A stretch of DNA of 15,037 bases, taken from NCBI GenBank assembly GCA_038208905.1, contig JBBQYG010000095.1, positions 1 through 15,037 on the forward strand. The letters run 5' to 3'. The stretch comes from Candidatus Sumerlaeia bacterium (GTDB lineage Bacteria > Sumerlaeota > Sumerlaeia > SLMS01). The notes under the pieces are model-generated. The model was not told the DNA's origin. It did not search any database and saw nothing but the letters and a program-made list of their open reading frames with translations. Position numbers and translations under genes: made by a program. How positions within the stretch are numbered: the first letter of the stretch is position 1; every line of letters begins with the position of its first letter. Positions 7,806-15,037 of this stretch are shown piece after piece.

Positions 7806-8344
7806 ATTGGGAACTGGCGCGCAAGGTGATCAACTTCGCCGGCATGGACGTCGGCTGGGCGGCGTGCGTGCTGGGCGCAGCCTCGGGCAGAGGGTGGATC
7901 GGCCCGGTGGCGGTGGCATTGCTGGCGGGCCTGCACTTCGCCTTGAATCGGGGCGGTTGGGCGGAAGTGCGATTGCTGGTCGCGGTGGCGGCGGTCGGCT
8001 TCGTGGCGGATTCCGCGATGGGCTTGGCGGGATTCTATGCGTTCGCCGGCGGAGCGTGGCTATGCCCGGCGTGGCTGGTGGCAATGTGGGTGAATCTTGG
8101 ACTCACACTCAACTCGTCACTGCGGTTTCTTGCAGGCAAGCACGCGCTGTCCGCCCTCCTTGGTCTCGTGGGTGGGCCGCTGGCGTACTACGCGGGTGCG
8201 CGTCTCGGCGCCCTTGATTTTCCAAGCGGCACTGCGTGGGCGCTCGTGGCGACGGGGGTTGTCTGGGCGGTGGCTTTCCCCGCGCTCATGATGATTCGCG
8301 AGGCAACGATGGGGCGCGTTAGCTCCGCTTCACCAGATCGATGA
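7802..8344 (+). CDS. DUF2878 family membrane protein
   Basis: INF....GW.ACV, G...DS, P.WL...W......LN.SL..L, GGPLAYYAGARLGA. ATG 7802 overlaps the DUF1365 stop (ATGA). The longer ORF from 7550 is an in-frame extension lying inside DUF1365. Confidence 0.85.
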   Translation: MNWELARKVINFAGMDVGWAACVLGAASGRGWIGPVAVALLAGLHFALNRGGWAEVRLLVAVAAVGFVADSAMGLAGFYAFAGGAWLCPAWLVAMWVNLGLTLNSSLRFLAGKHALSALLGLVGGPLAYYAGARLGALDFPSGTAWALVATGVVWAVAFPALMMIREATMGRVSSASPDR

Positions 8345-9248
8345 AGTAGTCCTCCAGCGACTGGCTGTGGGAAGCCGTACTCAAGATCGTGGCGCCAGCC
8401 TGGGCGAGGTCGTGCATGACCTGGCTGTAGGACTCGATCTCGTTGATGACGAGCTTGCATTGCGCGCCGTCGCGGGCGACGACGTGGCCGCGGATCGCGG
8501 CGGGCGACTCGCTCCCCGCCGGGTAGCGGAAGATTATCTCGAACTGGTTGAGGGGCTTGAGAAGATCGGCGACCGGCGCCTCGGTCACCACGCGCCCCTT
8601 GTGGATCATGATCACTCGGTCGCAGAGGGATTCGACTTCCGACAGTTCGTGAGAGCTGAAGAAGATCGTTTTCCCGCGGGCCTTAAGTTCCAGCAATACA
8701 TCGCGCAGGTCGTGCCGCCCCACCGGATCGAGGCCGCTCGATAGCTCGTCGAAAATCAATGCCTCCGGGTCCGCGATAATGGCCTGCGCAATGCCGAGGC
8801 GTTGCTGCATTCCCTTGGAGAAATTCTTGAGGAGGATCTCGGATTTGCCGCCGAGTCCGACGCGCTCGAGGAGCGGCGGAATGCGCTCCTTCAACTGGGC
8901 GGATGAGAGCCCCTGCAATCCGCCATAAAGTTCGAGCAGCTCGCGCGACTTCATGAAGGGATAGTAGAGTGCAACTTCGGGAAGGTAGCCGGTGCGGCGG
9001 CGGCTCTCGACGGTGCCGCAGTCGCTGCCAAACATGCGAACGCTTCCCGACGTCTGGAAGACGAAGCCCATGAGGGTCTTCATGGTGGTCGATTTGCCGG
9101 CGCCGTTGGCGCCGATAAAGCCCACACACTCCCCCGGCATGACTCGGAAGGAGATACCATCGACGGCGCGGTGGCGCTTGCGCCCCTTGCCGTAGTCCAC
9201 CACCAGGTTCTCGACCTCGATGATGGCCTGACTATCGATGTTGGTCAT
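8319..9248 (-). CDS. ABC transporter ATP-binding protein (ABC-2/exporter type)
   Basis: Walker A GANGAGKST, GYLPE, signature FSKGMQQR, Walker B LIFDE, D-loop SSGLDP, H-loop FSSH, and the C-terminal SLEDYFI extension. Confidence 0.94.
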   Translation of the reverse strand: MTNIDSQAIIEVENLVVDYGKGRKRHRAVDGISFRVMPGECVGFIGANGAGKSTTMKTLMGFVFQTSGSVRMFGSDCGTVESRRRTGYLPEVALYYPFMKSRELLELYGGLQGLSSAQLKERIPPLLERVGLGGKSEILLKNFSKGMQQRLGIAQAIIADPEALIFDELSSGLDPVGRHDLRDVLLELKARGKTIFFSSHELSEVESLCDRVIMIHKGRVVTEAPVADLLKPLNQFEIIFRYPAGSESPAAIRGHVVARDGAQCKLVINEIESYSQVMHDLAQAGATILSTASHSQSLEDYFIDLVKRS

Positions 9249-9322
9249 TTTTCCGCCCGTTTCAAGAGGTGGTGATCGCTCGACCTATCGACAATGCAGA
9301 TAGGGAGAAGGCTGTGGGTGCG

Positions 9323-12300
9323 TCAAGCGCGGTTCTCCGAGGCGATGGGAGCCAGAAGGAGGATCGTTTCGTCAAGCTCGCTTGCGAGCTGCTCCACCAG
9401 CGCCGCACATGGCGAGGTATCGCCGCCCTGGGCGGCTACTTCGATAAGGGCCGAGGTATGGTGGAGGCGCATCGCACCGACGTTTCCAGCAGCCCCCTTA
9501 ATGGTGTGGGCGGCGCGCCTGAGGGAATCGATGTCACCGTCCCGAATGGCTTCGCGGAGCTTTGCCACGCGGGTCTTGCCATCCTCGATGAACAGGGCTG
9601 CGAGTTCCGCGCGTAGCTCGTTGTCACCGCCGGTGACGGAACTGAAACGGGCAAGATCGAGCAGCTCGGATTTCGGCTTGGGCTGGGTGGTGTCGTTGGG
9701 CATCTTTGCATCCGATTGAGCTTGTTCCAACGCCCTGCCAAGGACGCCGAGTGTAACGGGCTTCGCGAGGTGATCGTCCATGCCCGCCTCAAGGCATCGC
9801 TCGCGGTCACCCTCGAGTGCGTTGGCTGTCATGGCGACAATGCGGACCCGGGACCGGTGCGAGTCAAGCCTGCGGATGCGGCGGGTGGCCTCGTATCCAT
9901 CCAGGACGGGCATCTGGCAGTCCATCAAGACGAGATCGAAGTCATTCGCGGCGGCTGCGAGGACCGCCTCCGCGCCATTGGATGCGAGAAAGTACGATGC
10001 GCCGAGGCGACGGAGCATCTCCACGGCGACTCGCTGGTTGACGAGGTTGTCCTCGACCAGGAGGACCCTCACACTGGGGAGAGCCTGCGTCGCCGATCCG
10101 GCCGTTTCGGAAACTGGCTTGGGAGGTTCGGGGCGGTCGCCGGCGGACTCGTAGAGTTGGCCGCCGATCAATTGGTGAAGTGTCTCGCGAAGCGCGCGCA
10201 TCCGGGGAGGCTTGGACAGCTTGCGAATCTTGGGCGAGCGGCCACGCGATTCGGGCACCGCGGAAGGAAACTCACACAGGAGAACCGCCGGCAACATGCC
10301 ATCCTCGGCCAGGTGCGCCAGCGTTGCAAGAAACCCGGCGCGGTTCGAGCCGGCGAGCATGTCGTCGATCAACCAAGCGTCGTAACGCTTCTGCCCCGGT
10401 CCCAGAGCGAGATATCCAAGGAGAGTGTCCTCGCTGGAGAGGATGGTCGGAATCGCGCCCCATGCCGCGATCTGAAGCGCGTAGTCCTGCGCGCGCTCTG
10501 GATTGGCGTCGGCAATGCCGATCCGGCAGCCTTGGAACTCGGCGGTCCGCGGATGATGCAGCGTGGCCCCGGACGCGGGAAAATCCGCTTCGAAGTGAAA
10601 GGTGGTCCCCTTGCCGACACTTGAATGAACCTGGATGGCGGATCCCATCGCCGCAACAATCTGGGCGCAGATCGCCAAGCCCAGGCCCGTGCCGCCGAAT
10701 TGGCGGGTGGTGGAGGAATCCACTTGCGAGAATGGGCGGAAGAGTCGGTCGAGGCTTTTCTCCGGAATTCCGATTCCTGTGTCGGAGACACTGAACGCGA
10801 TCCGGGCGTTGCCGTCCGCGGCCCCAATGACGGCGGCAAGCCGAAGGGTGACGCCTCCAGTTGGAGTGAACTTGATGGCGTTGCTGACAAGGTTGACGAG
10901 GACCTGGCGGAGCCGGGCGGCGTCACCCAGCAGATTGGAGGCAATCCGCGGATCGATGGCGAGATGAAATTCGAGCCCCTTTGCATGGGCGTTCTGTGCG
11001 AGTAGCTGGGCAACATCCTCCGCGACGAGGCCGGGATCCATGGAGATGGATTCGAGTTCCAGCTTCCCCGCCTCGAGCTTGGAAAAATCCAGAATGTCGT
11101 TTAGCACCGTGAGGAGCGCGTCGCCGGAGTTGCGGATGATCTCGACGTATTCGCGCTGCTTGCGGTCCAGGGATGTCTGCTCGATGAGGTCGGATACGCC
11201 GATGACGGCGTTGAGCGGTGTGCGAATCTCGTGACTCATGTTGGCGAGAAATTCGGACTTGGTGCGCGCGGCCTGCTCAGCCGTCTCCTTGGCGCGGCGA
11301 AGTTCGGCCTCCGCCTCGCGATAAATAGTCACGTCGCGGATCACGGTGATCCGGGCCGGTTGGCCATTGAGCGTGATGGAGCGAGGGACAACTTCCACGG
11401 GGACGCGCTTGCCGTCGGGGCGCAGTATTCTCGATTCATAGACTGATTCGTCGCTCTCCTTCAGGCGCCCAAGCACATCATCGCGATCCTCGGGAGCGAT
11501 GAACTCCATCACATGGAACCCGCGCAATTCCTGGACACTCCGCCCAAGGATGCGGGCCAGCGAATCGTTGCAGTCCAAGATGCGGCCCTCCACGGAGACG
11601 GCCACGCCGTCGTTGGCGGCGTTGGCAAAGAGGCGGAAGCGCTCTTCGTTCTCCCGCAGGGACTCCTCGGCGTACTGCCGCGCGGTGATATCCGTTGCGA
11701 CCGCGACAGCGCCGGTGACGAGCCCGCGTGCGTCGCGCGACGGCGCCAGCCATGTCTCCAGCACGACCCCGTCGATGGAGCCGATGGTTCGGAATGAATC
11801 GCCGGACAGGGCGCGGCGCCAGTCGGAATGGAATTCGGGGGAGTGGGGGAAAATTTCGGGAATGGTGCGCCCGATCATGGCCTCGCTCTCGAGACCCAAG
11901 GCCCCGAGACAGAGTCCCTCGGCGATGGTGAACCGCGCGTCTCGGTCAGCGGCGAGGAGCACAATGGGGGCCCTCTGGACAATTTCCCTGAGGCGCTGCT
12001 CGCTCTGCAGGAGGCGATCCCCCGCCTCGACTTCCCTCGTGATATCGGAGACGATGCCGTCGAGGCGGATGGCCTTGCCAGCCGCGTCCCGGACGAGGGA
12101 GCCACGGTCCCGCACCCAGCGGATGGTTCCGTCGGGGCGGACGATCCGGTAGGTCATCGACACGCTGCCGCTCTCGTGCAGCATGCTGGTGTACCTGCTC
12201 GCGCTCTCGCGATCCTCGGGATGGATGACCTGAAACCAGAGACGCGGATTCTCGAAGAAACGGTCGCGTGGAATCCCGTAGAGAATGTCCGCGGCGGGAC

Positions 12301-13348
12301 TCAGATAGAGAAGGCGATGAGTCTCCGGGCTGCCGGACCAGACGACCTCGTCAAGGGTGGTGAGGATGTCGTTGAGGCGCCTTTCGCTCTCTCCGAGAGC
12401 CGCGGTGGCGCGCTCGACTTCCACGCGGAGACGCTGTGGCTGGCGCGCGAGAAGATAGACCAGAAGCGAAACCAGCGCGGTGAAGAAAACGTATCCGGCA
12501 AGTCTCCATCCGCGATCGGGGCTGTCCCGGTACCAACCGGCGCTTGGCTCGCCCAGCAGTTCCCAAACAATGCCGCTCGCTACACGGCGATGCGTGATCG
12601 GATCCCTGAAATCTTCGATCGGCACACCCCAATAGAAGACGGCCATGCCATCGCGGCTGGGATGGAACCGAAAGCATGCCTTGAGTGCATCCGCCGGGTC
12701 GGGACGAATTTCCTTCTCGTCGAGCAGCTCATCCAACGCGATGAAGATCGAAGCAAAAAGCTCGGGAGTGGCATGGTGAATCAGGAGAAGCGGACGACCG
12801 TCCATATCTTCGAGAATAGTCGATCCAGAGATGCTTCCGTCCGGGGAAAAGCCCGCGATGGCCCTGCCGATCCTTTCCCCGTCGATGCGGGCGCCCTCGC
12901 GTGTCTGGAGCACTGGATCGCCTTCGCCGGAATGAAATCGAACCGCGGCGAGTTGCTTGTTCCTTTCCAGCAGGGAGATCGCCCCGGCGTGGGCCTCATC
13001 TGGCGTTAGCCGACTTTGGATTTCCGCAAGGTCGGCCAGTTCGTGCAGTTCATTCTCGAACTTGCCGAGCCCGCGGAGGAGGGCGCTCATCTGGGACGAA
13101 AGCGCGGAGTCCACCCGCGCGCGCTCTGCCTCCGCCCTTTCGCGAACCTGCCCACCACCGGGTTGGAATAGCAGCAGGGCGACGACCCCGCCTGCAAGAA
13201 GCGCCAGCAGCGCAGGGGCTACATGAGGCGAGCGGGGCGTTGATCGGCGGCTCAAGCGCGACCACGCCAGGCTCGCAGCCGAGTTTTTCCAAATGGATCG
13301 ACAAGAGGGCCCGCGCCGGAGTAGGTCTGCGCCAGCGGGCGACAACAC
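9323..13348 (-). CDS. Hybrid sensor histidine kinase: TM - extracytoplasmic domain - TM - 3 PAS - HisKA - HATPase - atypical REC - REC - HPt
   Basis: H-box KSEFLANMSHEIRTPLNAVIG; N-box RQVLVNLVSNAIKFT; DTGIGI; GGTGLGL. REC LLVEDN...VLMDCQMP...MTANA...AKP; HPt AAHTIKGAAGNVG. PAS motifs IHPEDR/RPDGTIRW, APIVLLAADRDARF and IAPEDR/RPDG. Start uncertain: GTG 13348, TTG 13345 or TTG 13255. Confidence 0.93.
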   Translation of the reverse strand: MLSPAGADLLRRGPSCRSIWKNSAASLAWSRLSRRSTPRSPHVAPALLALLAGGVVALLLFQPGGGQVRERAEAERARVDSALSSQMSALLRGLGKFENELHELADLAEIQSRLTPDEAHAGAISLLERNKQLAAVRFHSGEGDPVLQTREGARIDGERIGRAIAGFSPDGSISGSTILEDMDGRPLLLIHHATPELFASIFIALDELLDEKEIRPDPADALKACFRFHPSRDGMAVFYWGVPIEDFRDPITHRRVASGIVWELLGEPSAGWYRDSPDRGWRLAGYVFFTALVSLLVYLLARQPQRLRVEVERATAALGESERRLNDILTTLDEVVWSGSPETHRLLYLSPAADILYGIPRDRFFENPRLWFQVIHPEDRESASRYTSMLHESGSVSMTYRIVRPDGTIRWVRDRGSLVRDAAGKAIRLDGIVSDITREVEAGDRLLQSEQRLREIVQRAPIVLLAADRDARFTIAEGLCLGALGLESEAMIGRTIPEIFPHSPEFHSDWRRALSGDSFRTIGSIDGVVLETWLAPSRDARGLVTGAVAVATDITARQYAEESLRENEERFRLFANAANDGVAVSVEGRILDCNDSLARILGRSVQELRGFHVMEFIAPEDRDDVLGRLKESDESVYESRILRPDGKRVPVEVVPRSITLNGQPARITVIRDVTIYREAEAELRRAKETAEQAARTKSEFLANMSHEIRTPLNAVIGVSDLIEQTSLDRKQREYVEIIRNSGDALLTVLNDILDFSKLEAGKLELESISMDPGLVAEDVAQLLAQNAHAKGLEFHLAIDPRIASNLLGDAARLRQVLVNLVSNAIKFTPTGGVTLRLAAVIGAADGNARIAFSVSDTGIGIPEKSLDRLFRPFSQVDSSTTRQFGGTGLGLAICAQIVAAMGSAIQVHSSVGKGTTFHFEADFPASGATLHHPRTAEFQGCRIGIADANPERAQDYALQIAAWGAIPTILSSEDTLLGYLALGPGQKRYDAWLIDDMLAGSNRAGFLATLAHLAEDGMLPAVLLCEFPSAVPESRGRSPKIRKLSKPPRMRALRETLHQLIGGQLYESAGDRPEPPKPVSETAGSATQALPSVRVLLVEDNLVNQRVAVEMLRRLGASYFLASNGAEAVLAAAANDFDLVLMDCQMPVLDGYEATRRIRRLDSHRSRVRIVAMTANALEGDRERCLEAGMDDHLAKPVTLGVLGRALEQAQSDAKMPNDTTQPKPKSELLDLARFSSVTGGDNELRAELAALFIEDGKTRVAKLREAIRDGDIDSLRRAAHTIKGAAGNVGAMRLHHTSALIEVAAQGGDTSPCAALVEQLASELDETILLLAPIASENRA

Positions 13349-13391
13349 ACGCCGCGCGGGCCGGTATTATCGCTGGATGGCACCAAGCGGA

Positions 13392-13416
13392 TTCGGGGCG
13401 GCAAAAGCCCCCCGAA
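13392..13416. promoter_or_regulatory. Stem-loop in the kinase/pseudopilin divergent intergenic region
   Basis: TTCGGGG(C)GGC-AAAA-GCCCCCCGAA forms a 10-bp stem with a 1-nt bulge and 4-nt loop, ending 11 nt before the pilin SD. Confidence 0.45.
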
Positions 13417-13427
13417 ACGAAGCCCAG

Positions 13428-13435
13428 TAAGGAGG
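13428..13435 (+). promoter_or_regulatory. Strong Shine-Dalgarno site for the pseudopilin gene
   Basis: TAAGGAGG, 6 nt before ATG 13442. Confidence 0.85.
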
Positions 13436-13441
13436 CTCCAC

Positions 13442-14071
13442 ATGGTAACAAGCAAGGCCCGCGGACTGACCCTGATCGAGTTGCTGGTGGTGGTGGCGAT
13501 CATCGCGATCCTGGCCGCAATAGCGGTGCCGAATTTCCTGGAAGCGCAGACGCGGTCAAAAGTCTCTCGCGCGAAGTCGGACATGAGAACGACCGCCACG
13601 GGGCTGGAAGCGTACTTCGTGGACAGGAACCGGTATCCTCTTGATCGGCACTCCGGTGTCGATGCCTATGTGGATCGGCTTCGTCAAGTCACGACGCCGA
13701 TTGCGTACATTACCTCGATACCCAGCGATCCCTTTGCTGAAAAGGGGCACATCCTGAAGTACGTGGCCACAAGGGGGGTCAATCCCTACGCGCGGCCGAT
13801 TACGACCAACGATTTCGTGGAACCACTGACCTACGACTATGCATGCCGAATCAAGCCGGACGGCAGCGTGGAGTCCCGGGTGACGTGGGCCCGCATCAGT
13901 TCCACGCCGGATAGCGTGATTTGGGCCCTGCGAAGTGTCGGCCCCGACCTTTGGCCCGCATGGCTCGGGGAGGCGGAGTCGGCCTACGACCCAACGAACG
14001 GAACGACGAGCAGCGGAAACATCTATTGGACGGGGCCCGGTCGGGGCGAGGACGGGCCGCTAGCGCCCTGA
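13442..14071 (+). CDS. Prepilin-type N-terminal cleavage/methylation protein (type IV pilin or GspG-like pseudopilin)
   Basis: Class III signal MVTSKARG|LTLIELLVVVAIIAILAAIAVPNF with Glu at +5. Helix AKSDMRTTATGLEAYFVD...YP, then IPSDPF and GspG-like LRSVGPD. C-terminal YDPTNGTTSSGNI. Confidence 0.92.
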   Translation: MVTSKARGLTLIELLVVVAIIAILAAIAVPNFLEAQTRSKVSRAKSDMRTTATGLEAYFVDRNRYPLDRHSGVDAYVDRLRQVTTPIAYITSIPSDPFAEKGHILKYVATRGVNPYARPITTNDFVEPLTYDYACRIKPDGSVESRVTWARISSTPDSVIWALRSVGPDLWPAWLGEAESAYDPTNGTTSSGNIYWTGPGRGEDGPLAP

Positions 14072-15004
14072 GCCGACGGCGCGGGACGCGACACGCTCCC
14101 CCAAGTGCTCATGCACGAGGCGCGCGAAGTGAGCGAGGCGCGGGCTCCCGACCTCGGTTGGGATAGGCGCCAACACTGCGATGGCATAGCGCAGGGGGCC
14201 TTGCTCCACGATCGCGGCCTCTGAGGTGAACGTTCCCCATTCCCCCGACTTGCCGTAGAGCGACGCGGAGTCGGGCAATCCAGACCGAAAGCGAAGATCG
14301 GCGAGGGGCCCCTGGGCCAGAATTGCCTTGATCAGGGCGCGACCACGACCGCCGCCGATGGCTCCGGTCTCGACCGCCCATAGAAACGTGACAAAGTGCA
14401 GCGCGCAGGAATAGGTGCCCGGCGAAAACTGATAGGCGGCGTCCTCGAATTCGCGCGGCAGGAACTTGCGGGTAATGTCGGATCCTGCGCATCCGAGGGC
14501 TCGCATCAGGGCGCTGGCGCGCTCGCGATCAACCAGGTCGATAATCTCGTTGGCGGCGGCGGCGTCGGGGATGTGGCACGCGAGGCGAAGGGCCTCCGCC
14601 ACGGTGATTTGCTGGCCCGCGCCTAGCACGGGATCGTGGCGGATGTTATGCTCCTTGATCGTAAGCGCGGTCTCGAAGGCGAACTCCCCCTCGATGATCT
14701 GGCGCACACATTCACCAACGATGTACTGAAAATACGCGCCCGCCGGATAGATGAAATTCTGCTCCTTCCACCCACCGACCAATGGCGCGGCCAGATCGCT
14801 CAGGTCGGCGACGCAGACCGAAGACCACTCGTCGTATTTGTCGGGATTGCGCGCCGCCGGGCACATCTCGTCGAGGCGAGTCTCCCTGACGAAGCCAGCG
14901 ATGACCTCGCTGAACTCGGGATCGACCGCGGGAAGGGGACTGAAACGCGGTAACTCCGGGATCTCGATCTCGGGCCGCAGGATGAGTTGAGAAGGGCTAT
15001 CCAT
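14060..15004 (-). CDS. Class A beta-lactamase-like (serine hydrolase) fold protein with degenerate catalytic motifs
   Basis: Spacing and context match the family: FIYPAGAYFQ (SxxK position), GQQITVAEALRLACHIPDAAAANEIIDLV (SDN region), MRALG...I.R, RFRSGLP...LYGKSG (KTG), EAAIVE...RYAIAVL. Confidence 0.75.
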   Translation of the reverse strand: MDSPSQLILRPEIEIPELPRFSPLPAVDPEFSEVIAGFVRETRLDEMCPAARNPDKYDEWSSVCVADLSDLAAPLVGGWKEQNFIYPAGAYFQYIVGECVRQIIEGEFAFETALTIKEHNIRHDPVLGAGQQITVAEALRLACHIPDAAAANEIIDLVDRERASALMRALGCAGSDITRKFLPREFEDAAYQFSPGTYSCALHFVTFLWAVETGAIGGGRGRALIKAILAQGPLADLRFRSGLPDSASLYGKSGEWGTFTSEAAIVEQGPLRYAIAVLAPIPTEVGSPRLAHFARLVHEHLGERVASRAVGSGR

Positions 15005-15037
15005 AACCGGTCAGTCTGCCACCGGGCAGGCGCACCG

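Noticed and set aside
9284..9304. CCTATC/GATAGG hairpin between the kinase and ABC ATPase genes as a terminator
   Set aside because: Only a 6-bp stem with a 9-nt loop and no U-tract on either strand.
11828..13009. 393-aa plus-strand ORF, and similar ORFs such as 9716-10624
   Set aside because: Antisense to the clearly conserved hybrid kinase, with no independent domain signal.
13399..13430. GGCAAA...CGAAA resembling a c-di-GMP-I riboswitch upstream of a pilin gene
   Set aside because: The 3' strand of P2 after GAAA and the GACGCAAAGC/P3 element are missing, and there is too little room before the SD.
15005..15037. Possible 3' end of an upstream minus-strand gene (TGA at 15011-15013) and a small CTGCC/GGCAG hairpin
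   Set aside because: Too little sequence at the window edge to support a call.

Overview
High-GC bacterial chromosomal window, densely coding, with 13 protein genes (one truncated at the left edge). I found no RNA gene, mobile element or CRISPR array. In order: the 3' end of a NarX/UhpB-type histidine kinase and its NarL/LuxR response regulator (+); a structured purine/pyrimidine repeat spacer; trxB (-); a multi-pass GT-C-like membrane protein (+); miaB (-); an overlapping four-gene lipid-modification operon (+) of His-box acyl desaturase, SnoaL/NTF2-like protein, DUF1365 and DUF2878; an ABC ATPase with no adjacent permease (-); a large hybrid kinase with 3 PAS, HisKA, HATPase, 2 REC and HPt domains (-); a prepilin-type pseudopilin (+); and a class A beta-lactamase-fold protein (-). 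The pseudopilin resembles a family I associate with Ca. Sumerlaeota/BRC1, which is inference only. The best leads are: (1) the lipid operon lacks the FAD oxidoreductase and the cfa-like methyltransferase that normally flank DUF1365; (2) the beta-lactamase-fold protein has lost both SxxK and SDN and looks like a pseudoenzyme; (3) the symmetric G-tract/hairpin element between the regulator and trxB; (4) a perfect 16-bp palindrome in the miaB/desaturase divergent promoter region. All family calls come from motif recognition by eye, not database searches. None of these leads is established as a new system from sequence alone.
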